Source of the DNA: a candidate division WOR-1 bacterium RIFOXYB2_FULL_45_9
GTDB lineage: Bacteria > Margulisbacteria > WOR-1 > O2-12-FULL-45-9 > XYB2-FULL-48-7
Length of the DNA stretch: 64,000 bases
NCBI GenBank assembly: GCA_001771575.1
Contig: MEUD01000001.1
Coordinates: forward strand, 991,277 to 1,055,276
Direction of reading: 5' to 3'
Shown: in pieces, positions 1 to 10,691 of the stretch
How the letters are laid out: each line of letters opens with the position of its first letter
Numbering within the stretch: the first letter of the stretch is position 1
Notes under the pieces: model-generated
Databases searched by the model: none
Told to the model about the DNA's origin: nothing
What the model saw: the letters and a program-made list of their open reading frames with translations, nothing else
Made by a program: the position numbers and the translations under genes

Positions 1-2
1 AT

Positions 3-10
3 GTCGATAA
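3..10 (+). promoter_or_regulatory. sigma28-like -10 element GTCGATAA (the -35 lies outside the window)
   Basis: Identical to the -10 at 10620-10627, 40 nt upstream of the ATG at 51. Confidence 0.55.
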
Positions 11-50
11 TTATATGGAAAGAGAACAACAACAAAAAAAGGGGTAAATA

Positions 51-3000
51 ATGGATATTTATGACGGCCCAAATTTAGTCGGTAAATACGAAAACGGGAT
101 GTGCCTGCCGGCCGAAGGAACGTCGCGCTCGCCTTCCAGGATCGCGCCGGAACTCTCCGCTCGCGACTCGCGCCCTCTGCCGCGCAGTGTTGCATCGCAC
201 CAACCTTTAACCCTGGCCGACTTCAATCCATTTAGTATTTTCATTGGCTGTGTCAACCCAGCTGGATCTTCCGCCTGCCAAAGCATTAGCGACGGGATCG
301 GTAGTTTCTCAATGAACATTCCAGATGGGGTCAACCAGTACAATATTCCATCCGGGACGCCGATCACCTTTACGGTCGCGGTCAACGCCGAATGCGTCGA
401 CCCAGGCAAGATCAGCGTCAGCCTGGAGACCGCCAAGGGAAATTTCCCACTGACGCACGCCAGCGGTCTTTTCTCAACCACCCAAAACGCCGACCGGGAT
501 TGGGGAAAACCGCTCAAGCTTGTCGTTCGCGACGGAGAAGGAAAGATCATCTCGTCCCAAAGCTTCAATGATTTTAGCATCAGCGCCCCAGGGTCCACCG
601 GGACCTCCGGCAATTACCAGGCCGGGATCAACACCAGCTACGAAGTCAGCGGCCAATACGCCCGCCGGCCGATCACCCTCTCTCCCAACTGGCTTAGCGA
701 GATCCCTCAAGGGACCCTGCAATACGCCTGGGAGGTCAAAGATCCAAGCGGCAACCCGGTCGCTTTGACGTCCAGCGGGAACAACACCACTTTCACCCCA
801 ATGATCGATGGGACCTATTCCGCGACATTGACGATCACCGGCGAAAAGCTGGAAAAGCCGCTCTCCGTCCAAAAAAGCGATATTATCGTCTATCCTTTCC
901 CGGCACCAACCCTTAAGATCGACGGCAATCTTTATCCCAAGGGAGAGACAACGCAAAGCTATCTCCCGGTCCTGATCCCAAGCGAATACCGACCGGAATT
1001 CGATCCGGAAGATGAAACGGCCGTCTGCTCGTTCCGGCTCTACCACTTTTTCAACGGAGCGCCGGTCGAAGACAAAACCGCCGACCAGCCCTGCCTGGCA
1101 AGCGGCCAGCCCAATCCTTTCAATTTTTCTTTCCCGGAGGTCGCGACCAACACCAATTACTACCTGGAAGTCAAAGCGGTCGGCGGGGACAATTCCTATG
1201 AGATCGCCAGGACGGAAACCATTTCTGTGGCGCCATCAGGCACAACCACCACGGTCACCGGTGATTTCACGGTCGCAACTCCCTATTCGGAACGCCTGGC
1301 TCACCGGCCGATCACCATTAACGCCCAGGTCATTGACGGCGCCGCCAGCTACCGCTGGGAGATCGTCGCCAAAGACAACGTCGCTTATCCAACCCCCATC
1401 CTCATGGAAGAAGGGGCTTCCCCCACCGTCACCCATACCTTTGATGAATCGGGGAAATACGCTATCCGGCTGACCGTCCTTGACGCCAACCAGGCGGTCC
1501 TGGCGACCGTCACCAAAGAAGGGAGCGACGCGCTCGAGATATATCCTTTCCCCGCTCCGCCGGTGGCAGTCAACCTTAACAACAACAACGGGATCTTTGT
1601 CGGCCAACCGATCAACGTCGCCGCCCTGATCGGCCGCGACTGGCCGGAAGATAACGCCGCCCAGGTCGACTGGGCAGTCAGCCAGGATGTTCCCGATCCG
1701 GGCAATCCCGGTCAGACGATCAATATTCCTCTTTATTCCATGTCCGGAAAAAATGTTACCCCCGTCTTTAACAGCTCCGGCACTTTCCGGCTTGATATGA
1801 CCGTCTCCGGGGCTAATGGATCGTACACGGTGACAAAAACCCAGTTCGTCGACGTTTACGCCCTCTACACCGGCGCGCCGCAGGTCTTGATCTCCGGCAA
1901 CCTTGATTACTCTTACAGCCAGGGAGAGACCGCGACCAGCATATCAGGCTGGACCGACTCGACCGACCCTGACGCGAAATATCGCTGGACCATCACGAGG
2001 CCCGACCTGACCACTCAAACGGTCAACAGTAAAGATATCGCTTCATTTAACTTTGCCCAGACCGGCGAATACGCTTTTAAACTGGAAGTTCTCGACGGCA
2101 ATAACATTGTCATCGGGTCCGCTTCCCGGTCGGTCAACGTTTACCCTGGCTCCACCGCAACCCCGGAGTCATCGATCTCCGGCAACCTTCAATATTCCTA
2201 TCACCAGGGAGAATCGGCGGTCAACATCACCGGTTATTCCACCGACAACGACCCGAACAACCAGTACGAGTGGACGATCGTCTCCCCTGATCCAAACGAC
2301 CCGTCACAATTTATTACCACTCCTTACTCCGGTAAAACGATTGCGTCGGTCGATTTCCCGGTCACCGGAGAATATATTTTCACCTTTACGGTCAAAGACG
2401 CCCAGGGGAACATCAAAACAACCGCCGCCAGAAAAGTTAACGTTTACGAAAATACCATCCCCCTGCCGCAAGCCAGCATTGTCGGACCGTTCTCCGGCAA
2501 AATGGGAGAAGAGGTCCCATTTACCGCCGGCATCATCGACGGGACCCAGTACACCTACACCTGGGATTTTGGCGATGGTACTTTCGGCACCGGTCCAACC
2601 CCGACGCCTCACGCTTTCACCAAAGAAGGGACTTACACGGTCAAGCTGATCATGGCCAGGATCGATGATCCAAGCGTTAAGGACGAAGTCACCCAGAAGA
2701 TCACTATCGTCAAACAGTCGGTCAATCCGCCGGCAATTGGCGTCACCATTCCTTACGCGGCTGAAGAAGACACCCCGATCCCGATGAGCATAACTCTCCC
2801 TGACCCGGCCAACTGGGAGGTCACTTGGGACTTTGCCGACGGCAAGCCGGCAGGCGCGGGAACCGACGTCACGCACCAGTTCGATAATCCGGGCAAATAT
2901 CAGGTCGTCGCCAAGGTTAAAAGTTTAATTGATGGGACCGAATACTTTGTTCCTTTCATTATTACTGTTGTGCCGCACGGCTCGCCTGTACCCAACCTGG

Positions 3001-3269
3001 TAATCAACCCGGGATCCGGACCGGCGCCGCTCAATGTCGTTGCCGACGCCGGCAACAGCTACACCAACGCCGCCGGCGGAAGCCTGGTCAACTATGCCTT
3101 TAATTGGGGGGATGGCTCTCCAGTTGAAAGCGGGATCGCCTCCAGCCTGCCGCACACTTTTGCCTGCGGCGGCACCCAGGCCTGTACTTATACCGTAAAG
3201 GTCACCATCGAGGACAATTTCGGCAATAAGTCGGATCTGACCTCGGTCGTCTCGACCTGGCCGATATAA
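51..3269 (+). CDS. PKD/Ig-like repeat protein, 1072 aa
   Basis: Repeated Y-x-W...G-x-Y-x-x-x-L/V units and WDFGDG/WDFADG/FNWGDG PKD motifs; atypical ~60-aa N-terminus before a short hydrophobic FSIFIGC segment. Confidence 0.85.
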   Translation: MDIYDGPNLVGKYENGMCLPAEGTSRSPSRIAPELSARDSRPLPRSVASHQPLTLADFNPFSIFIGCVNPAGSSACQSISDGIGSFSMNIPDGVNQYNIPSGTPITFTVAVNAECVDPGKISVSLETAKGNFPLTHASGLFSTTQNADRDWGKPLKLVVRDGEGKIISSQSFNDFSISAPGSTGTSGNYQAGINTSYEVSGQYARRPITLSPNWLSEIPQGTLQYAWEVKDPSGNPVALTSSGNNTTFTPMIDGTYSATLTITGEKLEKPLSVQKSDIIVYPFPAPTLKIDGNLYPKGETTQSYLPVLIPSEYRPEFDPEDETAVCSFRLYHFFNGAPVEDKTADQPCLASGQPNPFNFSFPEVATNTNYYLEVKAVGGDNSYEIARTETISVAPSGTTTTVTGDFTVATPYSERLAHRPITINAQVIDGAASYRWEIVAKDNVAYPTPILMEEGASPTVTHTFDESGKYAIRLTVLDANQAVLATVTKEGSDALEIYPFPAPPVAVNLNNNNGIFVGQPINVAALIGRDWPEDNAAQVDWAVSQDVPDPGNPGQTINIPLYSMSGKNVTPVFNSSGTFRLDMTVSGANGSYTVTKTQFVDVYALYTGAPQVLISGNLDYSYSQGETATSISGWTDSTDPDAKYRWTITRPDLTTQTVNSKDIASFNFAQTGEYAFKLEVLDGNNIVIGSASRSVNVYPGSTATPESSISGNLQYSYHQGESAVNITGYSTDNDPNNQYEWTIVSPDPNDPSQFITTPYSGKTIASVDFPVTGEYIFTFTVKDAQGNIKTTAARKVNVYENTIPLPQASIVGPFSGKMGEEVPFTAGIIDGTQYTYTWDFGDGTFGTGPTPTPHAFTKEGTYTVKLIMARIDDPSVKDEVTQKITIVKQSVNPPAIGVTIPYAAEEDTPIPMSITLPDPANWEVTWDFADGKPAGAGTDVTHQFDNPGKYQVVAKVKSLIDGTEYFVPFIITVVPHGSPVPNLVINPGSGPAPLNVVADAGNSYTNAAGGSLVNYAFNWGDGSPVESGIASSLPHTFACGGTQACTYTVKVTIEDNFGNKSDLTSVVSTWPI

Positions 3270-3271
3270 GT

Positions 3272-3298
3272 GAAATTATTCCGTATAAGTATCGATAA
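3272..3298 (+). promoter_or_regulatory. sigma28 (FliA/SigD)-like promoter GAAA-N15-ATCGATAA
   Basis: Exact 15-nt spacer; same motif recurs at other intergenic sites; SD GAGGAG and ATG at 3319 follow. Confidence 0.7.
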
Positions 3299-3318
3299 TT
3301 GTAAAGCGAGGAGAAAAG

Positions 3319-5805
3319 ATGCAATATAGACCGATCGTCAGAATCGAAAATGGCCAACCGAGGAGAGAGCTCACCGCTCCGCGGCGTCTGCCGCGCGTTA
3401 TCCATCCGGGAGCGGCAAGACCCTCACTTCTCACCCTGGCCGGACTGGAACAATTTGGCCGGCGGGCTTTTGTCCGGGTAACCGACCGGGCCGCAGAAAC
3501 TCTCTTTCCCAACGCTTCTTCCTTCAATGAGCCGGCCATTGCCGGCGCTCCCCAAAAATCCGATCCGTTGAATTCAACCGCTGTTTTCATGGCCGGCAAC
3601 GGCAACGGAACAACCCGAACCGCCATCCAAAAACTTAAACAGACCCTCCCTTCGCAAAGCAACCAACTTACCGACAAAATGAATTCGTTTGGCAAGCGCC
3701 ACGACTCCGTCTTGAGAAGCAGGCTTGGCCTGCTCACCGCGGCCGGTTTAAGCGTCGCCGCCGGCATCGCCTCTTCATATTCGCTGGCCGTCGCGTCCGC
3801 TTTCTCTTTCCTTCCAATTGCCGCCCCGATCTGGGCTCCGGGGGCGATTATCGGCGCCCTCTGCTTTGTCCCATACGCGATTGCCAGAGTAGTCTCATAC
3901 GGCAGGCTCCGGTCGGCTGTCCGCGACATCGCCAAATTCGCTCAAGGAAGAGAAAAGGAGCTGGCCGCCCAGCTCGGCAACGGCAAAAAAGTCGACTATC
4001 TCCTGGACCATCTCCCTCAAGAAGCCCGCGACAAGGTCGCTCAAGAATTGGCCCGACTCAACGGCCGTGCGATCGATGGGAAAGATTCCCTGATCGCCCT
4101 GGAACTGGCCTATGAAGAATTGAACCAGTTATTGTCCCTCCCTGACGCCGATAGAACAGCCAGAGAGACCGAGATCGCCAAATTGATCGAAGAGATTACA
4201 ACCACTTCAAAGGCGCTTGGTCTGGAAATCTCCCCACAGACAAAGGACGCGAGACAGGTCCCGTACCTTATAGTTCCGGCCAACGCCATGGCCAAACAAA
4301 AGATCAAGGCAATGGCCGATCACAAAAATGACAAAGGGCTCCCCGATCCCGAAATCCCGCCAATGATCGAAGGGGGATGCTTTCTGGGACGCGGCGGAAT
4401 GGGTGAAGTATATTTGGTTTTCAATCCTCATGACCAAAAACACTATGCCGTCAAGATCATGCTCCCCGAACACCTGGGCTCCCCGGCCGCGGTCGCCAGT
4501 TTTCAAGAAGAGTACGATATTCAAGAAAGGATCAATCACCCGGCAGTGGTCAACGCTTTCGCTTTTGGCCGATTTGAGAAAAGCGGTAAAAAGAGCTCCG
4601 ACTGCCCATACTTTGTCATGGAATTGATCGAAGGGGTCGACCTGGACGATTACGCCAGAAAACTCGGCCGACCGCTCAACGCGCGGGAAGCGCTCGTCTT
4701 TGTCGCTAAAATATGCGAGGCGATGATCGCGATCACCGGCGAGAGGGTCACCCACCGGGACCTTAAGTTGAGCAATATATTTGTCGTTCTTGAAGGAGCG
4801 GCCAAAAAGATCAAGATCGGCGACTTTGGGCTCCTGGCCAATATCGACCGGAACGACAAATCGGCGACCGGCGTGTTAAAGGGAACGGTCACTTACATGT
4901 CTCCCGAATACCCGTATGAATACGCGAACCTGACCAAAGCCGAAAGGGACGCCAGAAATAACAGCGGAACTCTTTTCCCGACTCTGGTCCTCCATGACGA
5001 GTACGCGGTCGGGGTCATTCTTTATCGTCTTCTAAGGGGAACCCCCCTGGTCTGGGAATACAACGGCCAATTGCTCAAAACCTCCACTGACCTTCTGAAC
5101 CCGGGAAATTCGGTCGATCGGCGAACCGGACGAGCGGTCAAGGAGATCAGCTGGCTGATGGAATATGCCGCTGATTTCAAAGCTTATCGCGAGGCTAAAG
5201 CGGCCGGCGACCAAAACAGAATGGCCGAAATAAAGGCCAAATACTCGCTACTCCCTTTGGGGAGCGACCCTGTCATGCTCGAGATAACCGCCTTGGTCCA
5301 GGAGATCACCTCGATCGATCCGACCGACCGGCCTAAAGATTTTTCCGGTTTGCGCGATCGGGTTATCGCTCTTTTCAACCAGCATTTTCCCGGTGAGACC
5401 ATGGACGATAGCTTGATCCAGGCCGACCTGATCACCAGCTCGGACATTTCCGTAATTGAGGAGCCAAGCAACAGCGGGGAGCCGACCAAGCCGCGGCTCT
5501 CCGGGATCGAGCCGACCCAGGTCGCCAGTGGCGCGATCACTAATCCGCAGATCAGCGGCTTGCCTACTCTCCAGCAATTGACGGAAACTGTCAGAAACGG
5601 CAACCGGCAAGCCCAGCTCGATCTTTGCCGCAATATCGATCAATATATTGAAGACGCGGCAATCGCCAGCCAATTACTGCCTATCCTGCAAGCCTTCATT
5701 AAAACTACGGCAGACCAGGAACTGAAAAAAGCCGGGCGTTCCGCCTACACGTACCTTTCAAATTTTGTTGAAGATGACTTCGATTCTTCAGGAGGAACAG
5801 CATGA
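3319..5805 (+). CDS. Hanks-type Ser/Thr protein kinase with N-terminal transmembrane hairpin
   Basis: LGRGGMGEVY, AVK, HRDLKLSN, DFG and GTVTYMSPE motifs; hydrophobic segments at about aa 138-192. Confidence 0.92.
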   Translation: MQYRPIVRIENGQPRRELTAPRRLPRVIHPGAARPSLLTLAGLEQFGRRAFVRVTDRAAETLFPNASSFNEPAIAGAPQKSDPLNSTAVFMAGNGNGTTRTAIQKLKQTLPSQSNQLTDKMNSFGKRHDSVLRSRLGLLTAAGLSVAAGIASSYSLAVASAFSFLPIAAPIWAPGAIIGALCFVPYAIARVVSYGRLRSAVRDIAKFAQGREKELAAQLGNGKKVDYLLDHLPQEARDKVAQELARLNGRAIDGKDSLIALELAYEELNQLLSLPDADRTARETEIAKLIEEITTTSKALGLEISPQTKDARQVPYLIVPANAMAKQKIKAMADHKNDKGLPDPEIPPMIEGGCFLGRGGMGEVYLVFNPHDQKHYAVKIMLPEHLGSPAAVASFQEEYDIQERINHPAVVNAFAFGRFEKSGKKSSDCPYFVMELIEGVDLDDYARKLGRPLNAREALVFVAKICEAMIAITGERVTHRDLKLSNIFVVLEGAAKKIKIGDFGLLANIDRNDKSATGVLKGTVTYMSPEYPYEYANLTKAERDARNNSGTLFPTLVLHDEYAVGVILYRLLRGTPLVWEYNGQLLKTSTDLLNPGNSVDRRTGRAVKEISWLMEYAADFKAYREAKAAGDQNRMAEIKAKYSLLPLGSDPVMLEITALVQEITSIDPTDRPKDFSGLRDRVIALFNQHFPGETMDDSLIQADLITSSDISVIEEPSNSGEPTKPRLSGIEPTQVASGAITNPQISGLPTLQQLTETVRNGNRQAQLDLCRNIDQYIEDAAIASQLLPILQAFIKTTADQELKKAGRSAYTYLSNFVEDDFDSSGGTA

Positions 5806-8800
5806 GCCAAGTTACCAGAATAAACACAACCCATCCGTCATTTAACAGGTACCAAAAGAGCGAAAGAACTTTTATCAACATAATCACCAATAAACGAGGA
5901 AATGTTTCGCTTACCGACAGGTTGGAAAGCGCGCAGAAATTATTGACAGCGGTCCAAAAGGGGATCGTCTGCAATGAGCAGGCGATCATTACTGGTCTGA
6001 AGCCGCTTAAAACTCACCCCGAGTTGGGGACTGTTTCCACTCAAATATTGGAAATAATTACTCCGGTCGTGCTACAAACACCTCCCCCGGCGATCAACCC
6101 TCCGGTCGCTACACCAAGCGTGATTATCAATGTTCCCGAGGAAACGGAACCGCCCACGGTCAGGCAAGCGATCACACCTCCAGCTCCGTCGCAAACTCCA
6201 ACCACTCCGCCGGCATCAAAACCGGCCCCGGCGGCTAAACAAACCAGCCGGTCATTAAAAGCGATCAAGTGGGCATTGCTTTTAGCGACCAGCCCAATCT
6301 GGATCCTCCCCTACCTGGCAGTCAAACTAGTGGGACTTCTCACTAAACCAAAAACACCGGAATACGCTTCGACCGTCAAAGGAGCGCTATACACTCCACT
6401 TGAGATCGCTCAAGGTTTGGGGGGATATTGCTCGGTCGGCGGCCGCTCAAACAATGAAGACGCCGCCGCGATCGACGGCCTCTACCTGCGGGTTTTTGAC
6501 GGCATGGGGGGACATAACGGTGGAGAGGTTGCCGCTGACATCGCCGTGCACAAGACCAGACAGGCATATCTTGGCCGTTCACCGCGCGGACCATTTAATG
6601 CGGCCCAGGCTTTGTTTATGGCTGACGAAATGATCAAGCTTCGAGCACAGAACCAGCCGGCCAACGCGGAACCATTGCTCGGCATGGGAGCGGCGGCGGT
6701 TACACTCTTTGTCGAAGGAAACAAAGCCCAGATCGCCTGGGTGGGCGACACCCGGCTCTATCTCCTGCGCGGCGGAGAATTAATCTTGCAAACCGTCGAC
6801 AATCACGAACACACGCTCCAATGGGGTTCAAGCAATGGTGTTTTGCCGCGAATGGTAAATCCAAACGGAGCAATCGCTTATCCGTTTACCCCTGCTGAAA
6901 GCGCCGATTATCATGAATACACCAGAGCGGCTGGCGGCGGAATACTAAACCCGCTGGGACACCTTGTAGGCCCGGAAAATGTCAGCCGCGCGACGATCGA
7001 AATTAAACCAGGTGACACCCTCCTTCTTTCAACCGACGGCCTGCACGGTTTTATCCCTTTTGATGTCCTGCAAGGCCTACTCAAGCATAACGCCCATCTG
7101 CCGGCGGACGAGAGGTCGCGGTTATTGGCCGAAACCGCTCTTGACTACATGAAAGCCGCGGGAAAAGAAGGGGACAACGCCACCGCCATCGTCGCCGACT
7201 TGGTCGCTGATAAAAAAGGGGGCCTGACCTTTAACCCCAAAGTGACAGCCAATAGCAACACTTATCATGCCTCCGGCCAACTTCGCTCAAAGGTCCTGGC
7301 CGGACCGGAATCTATTCACAACTTCTCCTTTTCGGCCGGCACAGTCGTTTACTATGATGAAGCCGGAAAGGCGGACGGGGTCCTGCTCAACACTGGAGTA
7401 AACCTTGACGGCCAAACTTTTCCAGCCGGCACCAGGCTCTGGTTTGACGGCAATGGAGCAATTTCAGCCGCCCGGATCAGCCGGTCCCTCTCCGTCAAAG
7501 GGCTTGATCTCAACGCCGGCTCTTACCTTTTTTACCACGACGGCAATTTGACCGGCGCCGAGCTTTTCGGCCAACACGACATTTTTGGCGTTTCCCACCC
7601 CCACCGGACCATGATATTTTTTGACAATGGAACGGTCAGAGTCAAGCTAAAACTTAACAACGGCGACACCAGGACCGTCAACGGGATCGATTACGGCAAA
7701 AAAAGCGAATTGGTCTATTCGATCTACGGACAATTGACCGAAGCAAGGTTCTTTGGCAGTTTAACTCTATCTCATTTCACCGCCCCGGTCCCACCCAGCA
7801 GTCAGCTCTTTTTCGCCACTAACGGCGACATCGAAAAGATCAGGACCAACGGGCCATTGAGCGTTTTCGGCACCGAATACCCGGCCGGCTCAACGCTTAT
7901 TCTGGATAACGCCAACCAGCGGGTCGCCAGCGTCATCATTGGGGCCGACATGGGAGAGACCAAGGCCGGGGCCCAGCTCTTTGTTAACGGGATCGGAGAA
8001 ACGTCCGCGGTCAAATACAACCAAGAGATAGAGGTCTTAGGGGTAAAGTTCGCGAACGGGGTCGTTCGCAAATGGACAACCGGCAACGAGGTCGTTATCC
8101 CATCAACCGACCTGACGATCGGCAGTTTTATCATCGGTGCCGGAATGGAGCTCGAGCTAAGCCATCGGAACAACACCTTTGCCTTAATCGTACCAAGCGA
8201 CCCATTTAAACTGGCCGACACCGACAACAGGTTCTCCGACCTGCCGGTCGGCTCCCGAATCGAGATCACGGCCGACGGCACGGTTGTTTCCATCACCCCG
8301 GCAGACGACTGGGACGGGATCACCGCCGGCAATACAGTATACCTGAAAAATGACGGCAACTGGGACGCGCTTGAAGTCAACAATCAGCAAAAGATCGGCG
8401 ACACGACCTGGCTGGTTGGATCGGTCCTCTTTTTTAACGGCGATAAGATTATCAACGCCCAGGCAAAGGCCGGGCAGGAGCTTGCCGGAAAATGGCGTTT
8501 AAAACGCGACCGGGAACTGCAATTTAGCCAGGACGGACAGCTATTTATCCCGGCATCTGATTGCGATCTGATCGCGCCAAGCGCGCCGCCCGCTCCAGCC
8601 ACCCCACCGGCTCCAGTGGCCAGGTTTACCCTTGAGCCGGCTTTTGACATCAATGACGTCAAATCCGTCAGAAGTTATCTTCGCTCTCTGGGAGCTCTTG
8701 CTGACATTGAAGGGGAGCTAACCGCCGAAGAAGAGACAATCGTCAACCAGGAAAACGAGCGGCTGGAACAGATCAAACAGCGCTACGGTTCCGATAGCTG

Positions 8801-8858
8801 GATCAATATGCAATGCATCGCCTCCAGGACCAAGATCCTGGAATTATTAATGTCTTAA
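5802..8858 (+). CDS. PP2C/PPM-family Ser/Thr phosphatase with Pro-rich linker, TM segment and beta-repeat C-terminal region
   Basis: RSNNED, DGMGGHNGGEVAA, WVGDTRLY, STDGL and GDNAT motifs; ATGA overlap with the kinase gene. Confidence 0.9.
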   Translation: MSQVTRINTTHPSFNRYQKSERTFINIITNKRGNVSLTDRLESAQKLLTAVQKGIVCNEQAIITGLKPLKTHPELGTVSTQILEIITPVVLQTPPPAINPPVATPSVIINVPEETEPPTVRQAITPPAPSQTPTTPPASKPAPAAKQTSRSLKAIKWALLLATSPIWILPYLAVKLVGLLTKPKTPEYASTVKGALYTPLEIAQGLGGYCSVGGRSNNEDAAAIDGLYLRVFDGMGGHNGGEVAADIAVHKTRQAYLGRSPRGPFNAAQALFMADEMIKLRAQNQPANAEPLLGMGAAAVTLFVEGNKAQIAWVGDTRLYLLRGGELILQTVDNHEHTLQWGSSNGVLPRMVNPNGAIAYPFTPAESADYHEYTRAAGGGILNPLGHLVGPENVSRATIEIKPGDTLLLSTDGLHGFIPFDVLQGLLKHNAHLPADERSRLLAETALDYMKAAGKEGDNATAIVADLVADKKGGLTFNPKVTANSNTYHASGQLRSKVLAGPESIHNFSFSAGTVVYYDEAGKADGVLLNTGVNLDGQTFPAGTRLWFDGNGAISAARISRSLSVKGLDLNAGSYLFYHDGNLTGAELFGQHDIFGVSHPHRTMIFFDNGTVRVKLKLNNGDTRTVNGIDYGKKSELVYSIYGQLTEARFFGSLTLSHFTAPVPPSSQLFFATNGDIEKIRTNGPLSVFGTEYPAGSTLILDNANQRVASVIIGADMGETKAGAQLFVNGIGETSAVKYNQEIEVLGVKFANGVVRKWTTGNEVVIPSTDLTIGSFIIGAGMELELSHRNNTFALIVPSDPFKLADTDNRFSDLPVGSRIEITADGTVVSITPADDWDGITAGNTVYLKNDGNWDALEVNNQQKIGDTTWLVGSVLFFNGDKIINAQAKAGQELAGKWRLKRDRELQFSQDGQLFIPASDCDLIAPSAPPAPATPPAPVARFTLEPAFDINDVKSVRSYLRSLGALADIEGELTAEEETIVNQENERLEQIKQRYGSDSWINMQCIASRTKILELLMS

Positions 8859-8871
8859 TAAGGGGAGTAAA

Positions 8872-10593
8872 ATGGCAACATTAAAGATCGATCATCATTT
8901 AATCAACGGCATTAGAAGCCGCTTACCAAGCGCCAGGGTCCGGGCTGATCTAAAACCAATTAACGATCGGGTGATCAATCCGGTCCTCAACGGTTCAATA
9001 TCTGTTCCTGATGATGTGAAGGGCGAAGTTGAATCATTGCAAGCGCAGCTTTTGCGCCTTGTTCCTTCTTTGCCAAAAGGAGCTCCCGTTGCCCCAATCG
9101 ATATTGACGCTCTGGTCACACCTGTGCCTGCGCCTTTGCCTCAGCCTTTGCCTCAGCCTTTGCCTTCACCCTCTCCCGCGGTGCCCGATCCCGACGCCGG
9201 CCGGATGTCGGTCTTTACCCAACAATCAGCAATGCAGTTTATCCAGTCTGCCGCCGCCGAGGCCGCCGCCACGACACCAGCTCCAGCTCCTGCCGCGCCA
9301 AAACCAGCTTCCACGCCGGCCGCCTCGCTAGCCGCGGACCTTAGCCAGCAATTGACGGCCGCCCAGACCAAAGTCACCCGGCTCACCTCCGAATTGGAAA
9401 ATGCGCAAGCAAAGCTAAAAAAAGAAGAAGAACGATCCCTCCGCTTGGAGACCAGCTTGGGCGGCCAACGCGAGAGGGTTCGTGAGGTAGAGGGACAACG
9501 CGACAAGGCAAAGGCAAATGTTATAACTCTGGAAAAAGAACTTGCCACCCTGCGCGCCAGCCAACAAGCGGTCGGCAATCTGAACACGGAGCTTCTTGCC
9601 GCCAAAGCGGAACTCAACGCTTTAAAGCTTCAGCACCAAGCGCTAATGATAACCTCGGAGGCTAAAAGTGAAGAATTAACCCAAACATCAAAAGAACTGG
9701 AGGAGCTAAAAAAAGAACATAATGAAAGTGTCCGTCAATTAAACACCAGCCTGGTCGAAATCAAGAAAGAGCTGGAAGCTAAAATGACCCAAGTTGCCGC
9801 TCAAGAGACCAGGATCACCGATCTTCTCCAACAGATCGAAACACTTCAACAAGCGCTGACTGAATCGGCCAAGCCGATTGTGTCTTCTCCTGTTTTAACC
9901 GGTTCTCCGTTTGAGATGATCAAACAAGCGATCACCCTGGCCCTTGGCTCCCTGGCCGGCCAGGCGGAAGAGATCAATAAGTCAATCAGCGAGATCAGCG
10001 CGAATATCACGGCCAAAGAGAGTGAAGCGGCCGACCTCGACCTGCAAGTCGCCGCCCGATTGGCGCAAATGACCCAGGCGAATGGACGCTACCAGGCCAG
10101 GATCGATAACCTGGATTCCGAATTTGCCGCCGCCGCCGACAGTGACGAAGGGATCAAGATCGCCCGACAAACTATAGCCAAACTGACCAATGAACTCTCC
10201 GCCGCCATCGATCCGGCAAACCGGGAAAAGGTCAACGTTCAGCTGACAGCCGCCCAAAAGTTTCTCGCGAAAATGGAAACAGACCTGCGCCGCGAACTTC
10301 GTCTCGGCGGCCGGGAACAGATCTCCGCGGAAATGCAGCGCGACCTGGCTAAGCGCCGACGGGAGATAGATTCCCTGGTCGCCCGAAAAACCAGAGCGGC
10401 AGTGGAGCTGGACAAATCGCTGGCCGCCCGCGAACAGGCCCGGTTGGGGATCACCCCTCTCGTCGGACAACTTAACGAGATCCGTGGTATACTTAAGTCA
10501 GGCGAGCGCCGGGTTTTGGGCTTGCTTGACAGCCTGCCGCTAGCCGTGGACAGTCCCAGCGAGAATCCAGCCGACGATCAAAACAACTCATAA
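8872..10593 (+). CDS. hypothetical long coiled-coil protein with Pro-rich N-terminal linker
   Basis: 573-aa ORF with SD AGGGGAG; E/K/L/Q-rich heptad pattern from about aa 155. Confidence 0.8.
   Translation: MATLKIDHHLINGIRSRLPSARVRADLKPINDRVINPVLNGSISVPDDVKGEVESLQAQLLRLVPSLPKGAPVAPIDIDALVTPVPAPLPQPLPQPLPSPSPAVPDPDAGRMSVFTQQSAMQFIQSAAAEAAATTPAPAPAAPKPASTPAASLAADLSQQLTAAQTKVTRLTSELENAQAKLKKEEERSLRLETSLGGQRERVREVEGQRDKAKANVITLEKELATLRASQQAVGNLNTELLAAKAELNALKLQHQALMITSEAKSEELTQTSKELEELKKEHNESVRQLNTSLVEIKKELEAKMTQVAAQETRITDLLQQIETLQQALTESAKPIVSSPVLTGSPFEMIKQAITLALGSLAGQAEEINKSISEISANITAKESEAADLDLQVAARLAQMTQANGRYQARIDNLDSEFAAAADSDEGIKIARQTIAKLTNELSAAIDPANREKVNVQLTAAQKFLAKMETDLRRELRLGGREQISAEMQRDLAKRRREIDSLVARKTRAAVELDKSLAAREQARLGITPLVGQLNEIRGILKSGERRVLGLLDSLPLAVDSPSENPADDQNNS
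9132..9165 (+). repeat. 12-bp coding tandem repeat GCCTTTGCCTCA, about 2.8 copies (PLPQ)
   Basis: Seen directly in the sequence. Confidence 0.8.
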
Positions 10594-10600
10594 ATCAACT

Positions 10601-10627
10601 GAAATTTCCCCCAGAGGATGTCGATAA
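10601..10627 (+). promoter_or_regulatory. sigma28-like promoter GAAA-N15-GTCGATAA
   Basis: Closest match to the canonical TAAA-N15-GCCGATAA; intergenic, upstream of the operon starting at 10692. Confidence 0.75.
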
Positions 10628-10691
10628 ATATAAGGAAGGAATAGGAGCGCGCGGCCAATAGGCCTCCCGCCCATTTTACAGGAGGAAAAAA

